This document shows positions 49,867 to 63,216 of a stretch of DNA of 64,000 nt, piece after piece (positions within the stretch are counted from its first letter, which is position 1; every line of letters begins with the position of its first letter). The notes beneath the pieces were generated by a model. It was not told the origin of the DNA. It saw only the letters and a program-made list of their open reading frames with translations, and did not search any database. This stretch comes from Octopus sinensis (Eukaryota). The position numbers and the translations under genes are program-made. Location of the stretch: assembly GCF_006345805.1 (NCBI RefSeq), contig NC_042997.1, positions 12,834,001-12,898,000 on the forward strand, given 5' to 3'.

Positions 49867-52582
49867 TCGTATATATATACGCATACATACATACATAAAT
49901 ACATATATGTATATATAACTTCTAGATAAATACCCTACATCACAACGTAATATATGACGAGGAATCACCATAATTTTGTTCGACAATCAAATATTTGATC
50001 GCACATCACGCAGCACTATTCTAAATGAAAAATTTAAGAGCAATCAGGTTGAAGTCAAACTAAAACACATGCATGCATATCCGCCGAATATTAAAGAAAT
50101 AATAAACGACGGAAACAAACGATTAGTTTTATAACGTCCTTACACCTAACAAGTAAATAAAACACATCTTTCTAACAATGATTATCAATACAATATAAAT
50201 ACCACAAACTATTTAAAACAAACAATTTTTAAAAAATGGATACAGTAGTATCAAAATAGTGGAGACAACAGTATAAGAAAAAGTGGATACAACAATATCA
50301 AAACTGTGATAGAATTGCAGGAAAATTGGTGTCCGTATATTTTTTACTTAAATCTATATAGAAATGTGTATGCTTTTATAGGCGTGAGTATGCTTATATG
50401 AATAATTTTCCCAGCATGGATGGAGTTTGTCACAATATTTTGACTGGTCTTCTTTTAGCCATACTTGACGTAAATATCTATTCTTTATATTTTAAGAATT
50501 TAAAAAAATAGTTCTTACTAAGATATAACCGTCTAAACACACTTCATGAACATGGTACACATTTTTCCTCCAAAATTTCATGCAACGTATTGGTATATAT
50601 CTGATACTTTAATAATACGTGGCTATAAAGCTAACAATGTACTTTTGTTAGTGGATGAGCTAGTAAATAATCATTATTTTTCTATTAACTTACTACATTA
50701 TTGATGCAATTTCGGCATCAATAATTCAACACAATTTCATTTTTTCAGTTCCAAGCCGCATCACCATGACTGATTTCTTAGTTTTCACCAATAACGTCTC
50801 GAATCTACAGACTTAATAGGTTAATCGTATTATTTTTGATTTATTATTCAATTCTATTGCTCTCGCTACCGTATCTTGAGTCATGTAAACATCGTAATTT
50901 AAGAAAATTCTCCCACACTTGGCATTGATTTAGCTCATGTTTCCATTTTAGGACTCGTATAACCTATTCAGACACATTTATTGTTAGTTGTCGATGCTTT
51001 CAGCATGTTTTGAGGGTATACTGTTCCTGTACTACATCCAGATAAGTTTTAAAGTTTTTCTTTCGTATTCACAGAAATTCTTTACAGCAATCAAACCGGT
51101 TACTAACAGTGACCTGCTCGAATTCTGTGTAGAATTTATGCCTGTCTGATTGTCTGTCTCAGTATATGTATGTATACATGCTTGCTTTAAAGTCACGAGT
51201 CCTGGGTTTGAACCCAAAGTGGTGTCCTGTGCATAGATTATTTTCTCTGGCTACAAATCGATCCAACCCATGTGAGTGAAAACGACGTAGATCTATTAAT
51301 CTATTAACATATATATATATATGTATCTATAATATATACTCATAGATGCAATATTATAGGTTTTATGTACTGTAAGTTATTCATGTTGCCATTATTATCT
51401 GTTGTCTATTGCGCTGCGCCTCAGTCTTATTTCACTTACTCTTTAATTCATAAAAAATAAACGAAGAAATGCTGAAAAAAGATCTTTTTGAATTTGAATT
51501 AATCACTTTATTTTAATAATGCTCGCGTCGCTAATATATATGACAGAACTGGCATTCTTCTAGGCTATGCTATTTGTTAATAATCCCTCATCGACATGTT
51601 GAATGTCAGTAATCAAAATATATCAGCAGGTGATAAGTGTAAAGATTCAGATCCTCACACACAAATCAGATGCCAGATTATAGCTGATTTGGAGTTTTGT
51701 AAAAGTGCCAAAAAAAGATGTAACCATATTAATCAAATGTAAAACTGTCTTCTAAATTACACTGACTAAAAAAAAGTCTTATCCAAAAGAAACTGAATGA
51801 ATATCGTGTAAAAAAAAATCTTCTATGTTAAGGCCAATAGATATATCATTATTGTCTCCTTCCTCGCGCGTCGTAAGTACATTTTAAAATATAAATCAAA
51901 TTATCAATTTATATATATTTATATATTTCTTTTTCATTATTTTCGTTATTAATCATTAATCAGTTTCAACTGGTTTAGGGAGGAAGGCAAAGAATGTCAA
52001 GCGTTATTTCCCAAATGTCAAAATAATTACAAATTTGGGAAATAGAAATTGTTAATAAAATATTTAGCACCTGCAGATACTTATTCTGTAGAAGATAAAA
52101 GCTTAAAAAATATATTTTGCCGCAAACAAAAATCAATGATAATTTTTTTTTTTCATAAAATTATTAACCATTTGTGACAATGTATTTTCTTTCATATTTT
52201 ACTCTTTAAAGTCTAGCTTAATTGATTTAGAAGAATTATAAAAGTAAAACCATTTTGAAGACTTTTAAATACCTGGATTGTCAGAAACCATTCAGATAAC
52301 GGTTTAAAATGAATTTATTGAAAAAATTTAATATCCGGAAAATAACTTCAGTCTATAAAAATATGTAATTTTTCGATATCAAAATCAAAAAATATATTTT
52401 GTAATTTCTTCAAATAGATGTATTTCCTACAGTTTATTGTTCGGCATCATTATTGAATATAACATGAATTAAAATTCTATTATTTCTACAGATATATACA
52501 TACAAGCACATCCATGGTCACACATATTCACATATATATATATATATACGCACGTGCGTACACTCACACAAACACACACACG

Positions 52583-52627
<45 letters not shown>

Positions 52628-53047
52628 GCACATATATATATATGTATGAATATAGGGATGATGGATAAATTTTTTTGTGTGTTTGTGTATACTTGTGTGT
52701 TTTGTGTCTTTGTCAGATCAAAAACAATGGCATACTTTCCCGTTAGATATGTGAAAACAATTTCCATTTAACTCGAGAAGAGTTAACTCAAACATGGTCA
52801 TTACAATGAAAGATATTTGGGAAAAGATCTGGAGACGTAGCCTGAAGAAATCTGGCAATTCCATATTGTGCTTAGTTTCAAATAACATAACCGAAGTACC
52901 ATTTCAGAATTTGGCTTTAATAATCTAAATATACCCTAGAGATATTTACGATGCTACTGAAGAGCAGTATAAAACTCTTATTGTAAGGTCCTCGGTCTGA
53001 AGGGATAAGGCTATCTCTGCTAATGCATTTTATGCAAATATCCGCAA

Positions 53048-53165
<118 letters not shown>

Positions 53166-53995
53166 ATGTATTTATGCATCTATGTATCTATGTTTCTATG
53201 TATGTATGTATAATGTATTTGTTTAGTAATACTCGTGTATCTTTGAAATGTCCGCAGAATCTAGTTCTATAAATGTATAAGAACAATCCTGTTCTGTATT
53301 TTGGGAACTCAAGTTGATTGACTGCAATCTGGTGTAATGAATTCTTTCCTTCCTTATATAAAGAATATTTAAACCTAAGGGCATAGAAATCGACTAAGAC
53401 TATGACAAGGAATGTCACAAAAAGAAATACCAAGACACATTATTTGATAAATATTTTATTCTCTTTTTTGTGTGTGTGCGCGCGCGTGTTTGTGTGAGTT
53501 ATATGAAATTTAAGCTGCTGCCATTTTTTCATCTGAGAGTAGATAGAATGAAGAATCATATAATATCGATGAGTTCAAATAAGTGAACATTGATTTGGAA
53601 AGAAATCTGTTCGTACGCCTTCTTTAGCCTTTTTGAAATCAACTTGATATGACTGGTTTTCGGTTATTCCATGTTCGACTAAATTAGTTTATTGTAGGAT
53701 AAAAAGTAATTTTGTAACATTTTAAAGTTTCAAATTGCATTGGTATAATTATTTTAAATATGTGTTATTTGGAAGAAAAATGCTATTTCAGTTATTTTTT
53801 CTTTTTCTGAACTTAAATCGATATGTTGAAATAACGTATGCAACTATAACACCAATACGTGGACCATGTTATATATAAAAAACGTACATCATTAGGGGGA
53901 AAATGTTGCGCAGATTTCCATGTTTTGAATTTATAAAGTACTTTGAGTGTCTATAATAATGTTTGTGACAAAGAAAAAATTATTATCAATGTCTG

Positions 53996-54067
53996 TTCTC
54001 GGTAGTATAGTGTTAAGTATGCCCGCCTGTCACGCAGGAGACCGGAGTTCGATTCCCCACCGGGGAG
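53996..54067 (+). tRNA. tRNA-Asp-GTC: tRNA-Asp(GUC), probably a pseudogene
   Basis: TTCTCGG TA GTAT AGTGTTAA GTAT G CCCGC CTGTCAC GCAGG AGAC CGGAG TTCGATT CCCCA CCGGGGA G; mismatches in anticodon stem (1) and T stem (2), D-loop GG lost; T7 terminator at 54082-54088. Confidence 0.85.
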
Positions 54068-54088
54068 ACGTTAACGCTGCCTTTTTTT

Positions 54089-54487
54089 AGGCGCAGGAGC
54101 AGCTGTGTGGTAAGTACTTTGCTTACCAATCACATTGTCCCGGGTTCAGTCCCATTGCGTGGCACCTTGAGAAAGTGCCTTCTACTATAGCCTCGGGCCG
54201 ACCAACGCCTTGAGAGTTGATTTAGTAGACGGAAACTGAAGGAAGCCCGTCGTATATATGTATATATAAATGTGTGCGTGTTTGTGTGTCTGTGTTTGTG
54301 CCCCTTACATCGCTTGAATGCGATGCTAGTGTGTTTCCGTCCCTGTAACTTAGCGGTTCGGCAAAAAGAGACCAATAGAATAGGTACTAGACTTACAAAG
54401 AATAAATCCTGAGGTCGATTCGCTCGACTAAAAGGTGGTGCTCCAGCCATGCCGCAGTCAAATGACTGAAACAAGTAAAAGAATAAA
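54089..54487 (+). mobile_element. SINE family A, full length
   Basis: Starts immediately after the tRNA T-run. Confidence 0.9.
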
Positions 54488-54519
54488 ATGCATTTGTAGC
54501 GAGGGGCGGATTATTTAGT

Positions 54520-54790
54520 AAAAAGATTAGCCCGTAGCATTTGAAGGTACTCGGAGATGTGTGAGGTTAATGATCTTATTAGATCCTCTTAGAACTTTGC
54601 TAGTTGTGGCTTCAGGAAAAGAAAACCGGAACGAGATTTGTGCAAGGAAAGAATTCCAAAGAAATGACGTTGTGGGTATGAATGAATGGATGAAGCAGTA
54701 CTCGTGGGAGTCGACATACAACTGGTGGCGGGTTGAGGAGATGCTGTTGTAGTAACAGTTGAAAACAGATTGATGAGACATTACGTCTAT
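54520..54790 (-). mobile_element. CR1/Jockey-like LINE 3' end relic
   Basis: HSFIPTTSFLWNSF...FP...NKINLTHL-like motif. Confidence 0.6.
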
Positions 54791-54902
54791 AGGTTAGATG
54801 AGGTTAGATGTACTGGCGCATTTTGGCAAGCGACTTCATACCGAGTACTCTATTTGTGATGAGATATAGGATGATTATATATACAGCATTTAAATGTCTG
54901 AA

Positions 54903-55272
54903 GTTACGACGATGAGGGTTCCGGTTGATCCGAATCAACGGAACAGCCTGTTCGTGAAATTAACGTGCAAGTGGCTGAGCACTCCACAGACACGTGCACC
55001 CTTAACGTAGTTCTCGGGGATATTCAGCGTGACACAGAGAGTGACAAGGCCGGCCCTTTGAAATACAGGTACAACAGAAACAGGAAGTAAGAGGGAGAGA
55101 AAGTTGTGGTGAAAGAGTACAGCAGGGATCACCACCATCCCCTGCCGGAGCCTCGTGGAGCTTTAGGTGTTTTCGCTCAATAAACACTCACAACGCCCGG
55201 TCTGGGAATCGAAACCGCGATCCTATGACCGCGAGTCCGCTGCCCTAACCACTGGACCATTGCGACTCCGAC
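54903..55272 (-). mobile_element. SINE family B (head-1, tail type B)
   Basis: Reverse complement of 61715-62090. Confidence 0.9.
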
Positions 55273-55669
55273 ACGTTAAATTAATGTTTAGTCAAATCAT
55301 CAACAACTTCGTCGAAATGTATGTACACTTATGAGTCACGGGTGAATCATTCATAAATATCAACGTACTAGTTGGCTTCGTATCTGCTGGGTAAAGTTAA
55401 ATAAGTGAATAATCATTAGAAAAATGTAGAGGAAGCCTAACATGTACAAATTTATCTTGAGGTTACGTATTATGATACAGTGTAAAATATTAATATAAAA
55501 TATATGTATATGCGTGTGCATATATCGATCCGTGTATATGTGTGTGTATATGTGTGTGTGTGTGTGCGTGTTTGTGTGTTTGTGTGTGCGTGCGGATGTG
55601 TGCGTGTGTGTATATTTGTTTACATTTTGAGCGTAAATTCGAATCTAGCTATAGGTTCTATTCTATAAT

Positions 55670-55835
55670 AGGAAAAAGGCTTAAATTTTGTGGGCAAGGT
55701 TAATTGTGAATTACATTGGCCTCAATTCTCCACTGGTACATGTCTCATCGTCCCCGGAAAGATAAGTGAAAGGCTAAGTGGACGTCGGCGGAATTTGATA
55801 TCTAAAATGTAACGATTCTGTCAACTCGCCGCCTT
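55670..55835 (-). mobile_element. SINE family C, degenerate
   Basis: CCCCGGAAAGAT...GGACGTCGGCGGAATTTGA...CTCGCCGCC on plus strand. Confidence 0.6.
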
Positions 55836-55858
55836 GAATCTAACTAAATAATAGCACA

Positions 55859-56250
55859 TCTTTATATATAAAACTGTAGTTGTGTGAGTGTCTGTCCCCT
55901 TCGATTTAGATTCCTAACTACTCCCACATTTTGCGATGCAGTTTAACCAAAACCGGGTATCTTATAGTCGTGATTCATATCGAGCCCTTCTGGGTATTAG
56001 CGCGCGTCTACGATGAGTCTACGATTTTAAAAATAATTTACCATAATTTTTTTCCATTTTCATGCATATTTTTTAAAGGGAAGTAACTCTCTAAAAATGT
56101 CTACGATGAGTCAACGATTTAAAAAAAAATTTACCATCATATTTTTCCATTTTTAATGCATTTTTTTGCTATTTTTTTGCTATAACTCTTTAAAAATGCT
56201 GTATAGTTATTTCCCTTACAAACCCAGGCAACGCCGGGCGATACTGCAAG
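55859..56250 (+). mobile_element. Non-autonomous Helitron
   Basis: A^TCTTTATATATAAAA 5' end; subterminal hairpin CCCAGGCAACGCCGGG; 3' CAAG^T (CTRR variant); no TSD; internal duplication. Confidence 0.8.
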
Positions 56251-56375
56251 TAATAGATAAATTGGAGAACACGTGTCAAACTGGGCTCACGAGCCTTAAT
56301 ATAATCTACATAGTCGGGCAGTATTCGAATTAGGCATTTTAATCCTATAGGCGTGTTATATATTACTAAATGTGA

Positions 56376-56790
56376 TAGGCGTAGGAGTGGCTGTGTGGTA
56401 AGTAGCTTGCTTACGAACCACATGGCTCCGGGTTCAGTCTCACTGCGTAGCACCTTGGGCAAGTGTCTTCTACTATAGCCTTGGGCCGATCAAAGCCATG
56501 TGAGTGGATTTGGTAGACGGAAACTGAAAGAAGCCCGTCGTATATATATATGTGTGTGTATGTGTGTGTTTATGTATAAGTTTTTGTGTTTGTGTTTGTC
56601 CCCCAACATCGCTTGACAACCGATGCTGGTGTGTTTACGCCCCCGTAACCCAGCGGTTCGGCAAAAGAAACAGATAGAATAAGTACTAGGCTTACAAAGA
56701 ATAAGTCCTGGGGTTGATTTGCTCGACTAAAGGCGGTACTCCAGCATGGCCACAATCAAATGACTGAAACAAGTAAAAGAGCAAAGAGTA
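56376..56790 (+). mobile_element. SINE family A, full length
   Basis: Complete. Confidence 0.9.
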
Positions 56791-57325
56791 AACTTATTTT
56801 TCATGTTTATAAGATTAAAACGTCAAGATACAAATGGATGAGAGTGATGTTAGTCTAATAGTATCTTGATACTTTGGATTATAGTAGATTGGTGGTTCAA
56901 CTCTTGGAGAAGACTTTCTTTCTACTTATCCGCAGAATGTGCTTTTTTACGACAATGTAACAAGTCTTATTATTTACTGCTGGACTTGATGTGGTATATA
57001 TCGGCTGCACATTTGCTATTTACACACCCAAATTTTCTTGTATACAAAGGGTTTTTAACAAGTCGACATTTACGCGCTAGTGCTAATACCACTATTCATC
57101 TAGACTCACCGTTCATAAAGTGAATTAATTCCCGAAATTTTTACATGCTTATATCAACGATATATATATAAACATACATACACACACACACACACACACA
57201 CCACACACACACACACACACATATATATATGTATGTATGTATGTATGTATAGATATATAAACCCATTATAGAACGCATTTTTACTTATACGTACATGCAT
57301 ATCATGTGTATGTATATATGGATGT

Positions 57326-57770
57326 ATTCTTTTATTCTTTTAGCTGTTTCAGTCATTTGGCTGTGGTCATGCTAGAGCACCGCCTTTAGTCAAGCAAATC
57401 GACCCCAGGACTTATTCTTCGTAAGCCTAGTACTTATTCCATCGGTCTCTTTTGCCGAACCGCTAAGTTACGGGGGCGTAAACACACCAGCATCGGTTGT
57501 CAAGTGATGTAGGGGACAGAGACACAAACATATATAGAGACACGCACACACACGCATATACATATATATATATATACTATATATATATATATATATATAT
57601 ATACGACGGGGTTCTTCCAATTACAATCTACCAAATCCACTCACAAGGCTTTAGTCCGCCCGAGGCTATAGCAGACGACACTTACCCAAGGTGCCACGCA
57701 GTGGGACTGAACTCGGAACAATATGGTTGGTAAGCAAGCTTTATACCACACAGCCACATCTGTACCTATA
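57326..57770 (-). mobile_element. SINE family A, full length
   Basis: Complete, inverted relative to 56376 copy. Confidence 0.9.
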
Positions 57771-58576
57771 GCTATATATATATATGTGTGTGTGTGTTTG
57801 TGTATGCATGTATGTATGTATGAGTGTGTATGTATGTGTGTGTATGTATGCATGTATGTATTAGGAAAGCATTTATCACTTGACAAATATTAGTGGTGGC
57901 AAAGTTAATCCTCATTAAGTCTGGTGTCTTGAGGCTGTTAGCTCGATGTTTTGATAAGCGCTGCGTAGCAGCCTTTACACGAAAATTCTTTCAATGATAA
58001 TCAGCTGCTGTCCTTTCATTAACAAAATATTAAACGTTTTCAATATATTATTGATTGATAAAACGGTGTTTAATGTTGAAGAAACTATATGATATACATA
58101 TTTATAATTAGTGTGTGAATGTCACGTGATATAAAATATTTTCTGTTTTATGCAAAATAATATTCCTGACACTGAATCAATGTTAGTGAACTGATATTTA
58201 GCCCAGCTTTGTTTTCAGAAGTAAATTATTCAGTACAAAAATACAAGAGTGTGCAACCATATCTTCATCATTTTGTAATAACTATTAATATTTTTGGCTC
58301 GTATTATATCGCAGTTTATTAGTAATCATTTTTGTTAGTGTTTGCGAGGTCACAGAGTCGGGAACGTAGCGTACTCACTTCAATCTATCTCAGTTCTATA
58401 AGATTATTAATGTTATCGAAAGCGTAATTGATCTTGAAGGTATTTGAATTCAGACAGCAAGGGGAATTTTACTGAGATTCATTAATATAAAATCAGTTTC
58501 AGTAACATGAATTCAGTTTCAGTTATTTCAACAGAAAATACAATCCTAGGATGTTATTTTTGTAAAAGTTACAATT

Positions 58577-58685
<109 letters not shown>

Positions 58686-58732
58686 CAATAATAAATCTCT
58701 GAGTGAGATGTAAACAGTAGCCACACGACATC

Positions 58733-59115
58733 GTGAAGGATATTTGCCATCTAAATGTGGCTGACCCATATGGGACGATGCTACTGTAGTTTATAGCCCC
58801 AGGAAGACATCTCCTCCAGCTGGTTAACGTCACACTGCCTGTGCCTGATCAGTATTTGCGAAGGGTAGTAACACGTCAATAGCGAGTGACAATCACCGGC
58901 TGGGGATGAGGAGTGATTCCGAACGCAAAATGCCCTATGCTTTTTCCAGTGACATCACGACAGGTTAGAGATGGGAACGATGATTTCCCTTCGCAAATAC
59001 TGATCGGGCACAGACAGTGTGTCGTTAACCAGCTGGAGGAGATGTCTTCCTGGGGCTATAAACTACAGTAGCATCGTCCGATATTGGCTAGCCACATTCT
59101 GGTGGCAAATATACT

Positions 59116-59119
<4 letters not shown>
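58733..59119. mobile_element. MITE-like foldback, ~130-bp terminal inverted repeats
   Basis: 58733-58865 reverse-complements 58987-59119; ~120-bp spacer; right end abuts (TA)n. Confidence 0.75.
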
Positions 59120-59161
<42 letters not shown>

Positions 59162-59575
59162 TATAATATATATATATATATATATATGAAAATAGTAAAG
59201 GATAGCCCGTGAGGGTAAAATTATACATAAATATATATAAATATATATAAGCAAAACAAACATTCAAACACTGAGATTCGAAATCAGATGCCACTACTGC
59301 TCATATCATCGGTGGATAAATTTTAAAATTGATGATATCACCAGCAGTGACGTAGGTGGATCGCAGGCGCAATAGCATTAAATAGCTATGAATTATAATT
59401 TTTTACGAAGCGTAAGGATGCTTAACAAGCATCCACTTGCTAGAAATAAGAGCTAAAGTCTTAAATTTATTCACCGTACCGCACCAAGATAACAGAGAAA
59501 AACAGAATACGAAAAAAACAGAAAGGATTAAAACGTTTAACATCGCAAATAAAGATATTACGCAATTAAGGATTT

Positions 59576-59630
59576 CCACAAACCAGGTTTCAGCTTCTAG
59601 TTACTTAACCCCTGAGCTTCGTCAGTGTGG
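59576..59630 (-). ncRNA. Minimal type I hammerhead ribozyme, all core positions intact
   Basis: CCACA-CTGACGA-AGCT(19 nt)AGCT-GAAA-CCTGG-T-T-TGTGG; perfect 5-bp helix I; near-palindromic helix III ACCTGGT; GUU triplet. Confidence 0.75.
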
Positions 59631-59821
59631 CCTACCGGGTTATAATCCATAACTGTCGCATTAAACTCTGACTGTGCAACTGGTTAGGTTGTGAAGGCAA
59701 CCAAATAAGGATAGTATCTATCCAATATACTGCTGGTAGAATAGCTAATTAATACACTATAAGTCACAACATAAGACGGATTAAAAAAAGAAATTAAGTC
59801 TATGTAATTTTTATCGCTTTC

Positions 59822-60085
59822 ACTGGAAGATCCGATCGATGGAACATCCTGCCTTTGAAATTAACGTGCAAGTAGCTGAGCTCTCTACAGACCGCATTGG
59901 CATTAACGTAGTTCTCAGGAAGATCTTGCAACACAATATGTAACAAGACTGGCCTTTTGAAATATAGGTAGAACTCATTTTTGCCAGCTGAGTTGACTGG
60001 AACAACATGGAGTAAAGTGCCTTGCTCAAGATCACAACACGCAGCCGGGTTTTGAACTCATGAACTTAAGATCGTGGGCCTAATC
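59822..60085 (-). mobile_element. SINE, head-2 with tail type B (degenerate)
   Basis: GTTGTGATCTTGAGCAAGGCACTT...GGCAAAAATGAG then GAGAACTACGTTAA...TTGCACGTTAATTTCA. Confidence 0.7.
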
Positions 60086-60300
60086 ACTTGTACACATGCA
60101 TTCATGTTCTATGTCGCTATCAACTCAGTAACTGATCTTTTTGCTTAATATTTAATATATTTAATACTCTCTAGAATTCTGTAAAATTAATATAGAATCT
60201 CTTATGATCGCTTTTAATAACTATGACAATTCCTGCACTTCGTCTCATTTTTAAAGAGTGACCAATCAAGTCGATATAGCATCTTCCATTCCTCATTCAT

Positions 60301-60376
<76 letters not shown>

Positions 60377-61714
60377 GCACAAACAAACATATACAGAGAA
60401 AGAGAGAGAGGAACACTCACACACTAATACATTTATGCGTATCTGTTAATAACAATTTATGGCTGTGTGTTTGACTAAGTACCATTCCCTAATTCATTAT
60501 ATTACTAAAAAATTCCAAACACAGATGTTACAACAATTGACATTCTATTGATTGGAAAAAAATAAAGACATAACTCTATTACTTCAATGTTATTTTAACT
60601 TTTTTTTGCTTGGTGTTTTTTGTTTGTTTTTTTTTGCTGATATTGAATGGTTTTCTGAAGACTGCGGTAATAGTCCATAACATACCATTTTTTGTTTGTC
60701 ACTAATGTTACTAGTTCTTTGTCAGCCCCATTAACAAGTCACTAATAGATGACCAATCACAAAATTACTAGTTTCCAATTACTCATTCGTTGTCAATTGT
60801 CATTCGCTTTATGTTTTCTATATCCGTTCTCGAAAAAAAAAAAAAATATTATTCACAAAATGATTTCAGAAGTCCCCACCATGCCTTATAAAATAATTAG
60901 GCAACTACACAAAAATGTATGTACGAAGATTCCTATCAATCTGGACATGCCTGCTTATGTTGTTTTTGCTAGCGTAGTGTTTATACATAGATACATACAT
61001 ACATATATACATTTATACATACGTACATTCTTACATACAGATATGTATATGATTATGCGTTTATGAGTGTATATAAATATAGATACATATTTATAAGTAT
61101 AAGCATAGTTAAGTATGTAGATATTGGTAAGGTAACATTGAGGTTGTAATCATCATCATCATCATCATGAGTGATACGAGTGTTACCTAATATTTGCACG
61201 TTGTAAAGTGATTAATTATTGAGTACTTATGCACCCATTTCTTTTACTGTAACTCTCTTACAGAGAGAGGGGGGAAGAGTGGGGAGGGGAGGGAGGTAGA
61301 AACGAAAAACATCTCAGAAAGAAAAACATACGACAATCATTTAGTACAGAAATATAATTTAATTTTACAATGACAGTATAGATGTAAATCAAGATTTCTT
61401 TCTATCATTTTTGCTGTTAAGCAAGACTTTTTTTTTTTTTCTGAAGTCCATTTAAGCAAGTTTCATTAACATGCTTAGATTTATATTTCTAAAAGTAACA
61501 TCAAGTTCTATAGTAAATGACACTCTTTGCCATTATAGTTGTTTTTTTGTTAGATTTAATTATGAAGAAACAGACAGATACCTGATTGGTAGAGCGATCG
61601 GGTAGAGTTGTTTGAAACATTCTATCTGGTTCTTAGAATTTTGATTTCGAATTCTGCAGTCGTCATAGTTTATTTTTGTCATTTTACATTCGGTAAATAG
61701 CTATCTAGCATTGA

Positions 61715-62090
61715 GTGGAGGCGCAATGGCCCAGTGGTTAGGGCAGCGGACTCGCGGTCATAGGATCGCAGTTTCGATTCCCAGACCGGGCGTTGTGAGT
61801 GTTATTGAGCGAAAACACCTAAAGCTCCACGAGGCTCCGGCAGGGATGTGGTGATCCCTGCTGTACTCTTTCACCACAACTTTCTCTCACTCTTACTTCC
61901 TGTTCTGTTGTACCTGTATTTCAAAGGGCCGGCCTTGTCACTCTCTGGTTCACGCTGAAATCCCCGAGAACTACGTTAAGGGTACACGTGTCTGTGGAGT
62001 GCTCAGCCACTTACACGCTAATTTCACGAGCAGGCTGTTCCGTTGATTCGGATCAACTGGAACCCTCATCGTCGTAACCGACGGAGTGCT
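61715..62090 (+). mobile_element. tRNA-Arg-like SINE family B (head-1, tail type B)
   Basis: A box TGGCCCAGTGG, loop CTCGCGG, B box GTTTCGATTCC. Confidence 0.9.
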
Positions 62091-62652
62091 TCCATCTAGC
62101 ATTGAGATTTAGTATTGTTGTCTTTCCAGAAGGAATCGAATGTGGTCAAGCCCGGGTAAGGACGGAAATCTTATGACATGTAGCATGTTATAACAGCATG
62201 TCTACGATCGCATCTTGTTGGAGTGCTTATCAGTATTATTCTATTCCTAATGGTTATGATATCGCAAGAGACAAAAGTTTATTTTGGAGCTCGTAAATTG
62301 TTCCAGAATTCTGTTCTTTTAAAGAAATTACATTTTTCATCAATTTTATTAAGCCAACCAAAATCATCTGAAGTTAGCGGAAATGTTGCCTATTTCTGTC
62401 TGATTTTGAGAATTTTATATTGCGAAATCACATATTTATATTCTTTTGGAGGAAAGAAAGAATATGGCTTCACAGATCCAGGTGTCATTAAGTTATCTAT
62501 TTCTTATTATTACTTGGTGTGTGAATGTCTACCTCTACAACAACAAAAATTAAAAGATATGTAAAAGTTATACTACCACAACCACCGCAGGAACCACTAA
62601 TGCTAACCGAAACATCAACAATGTAAATGAATATAATACTGAAAAGTATTAT

Positions 62653-62698
62653 ATTCTTTTATTCTTTTGTTTGTTTCAGTCATTTGACTGCAGCCATG
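62653..62698 (-). mobile_element. SINE family A 3' fragment
   Basis: TTGTTTCAGTCATTTGACTGCAGCCATGC on plus strand. Confidence 0.7.
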
Positions 62699-62701
62699 CA
62701 T

Positions 62702-62770
62702 ATGGCGTAGTGGTTAAGAGTGCGGACTACTAACCCCAAGTTTCCGAGTTCGATTCCAGGAAGTGACCTG

Positions 62771-62802
<32 letters not shown>

Positions 62803-62993
62803 AATTATAATAATATGAACAACATTGAAAAATACTTTAGGAATGGGAACCCGGGTTCAAAATTTCCCCAAGACACCTGATGAAGGCTGGGAGGTATATC
62901 AGTCGAAACGGTAACAACAAACAAGAAGATGCCAAATATCCATCAATTGTAAATAATGTAAATAATTCCACATCTTTCAAATATAGAACTGTA
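62702..62993 (+). mobile_element. tRNA-headed SINE carrying a hammerhead-like module
   Basis: A box TGGCGTAGTGG, B box GAGTTCGATTCC, (AAT)n, then GACAC-CTGATGA-A-GGCTG(10 nt)CAGTC-GAAA-CG, AT-rich tail into (TA)n. Confidence 0.7.
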
Positions 62994-63009
62994 TTATATA
63001 TTATGTGTG

Positions 63010-63103
63010 TATATATATATATATGCACGTTTATATATATATATATTATATATATATATATATATTTATGCACGTTTATATATATTATATATATATATAT
63101 CAC

Positions 63104-63143
<40 letters not shown>

Positions 63144-63205
63144 GCACGTTATATATATATATATATATATATGCACGTTTATATATATATATACGCACGT
63201 ATATA
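63010..63205. repeat. Higher-order (TA)n-GCACGT(T) minisatellite
   Basis: About 6 CACGT cores spaced by (TA)n. Confidence 0.8.
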
Positions 63206-63216
63206 TTTATTAACAC

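Noticed and set aside
50225-50310. Spaced ~23-bp degenerate repeats (also 39660-39740 and 9485/9606)
   Set aside because: Ordinary minisatellites or element-internal duplications; not CRISPR-like (no unique spacers, eukaryotic context)
51585-51745. Cys-spaced peptide CKDSDPHTQIRCQIIADLEFCK resembling an ShK domain
   Set aside because: Incomplete cysteine pattern, no good acceptor, early stop
62223-62564. 113-aa high-complexity ORF with hydrophobic N-terminus
   Set aside because: GTG start, no recognisable motif, no splice support
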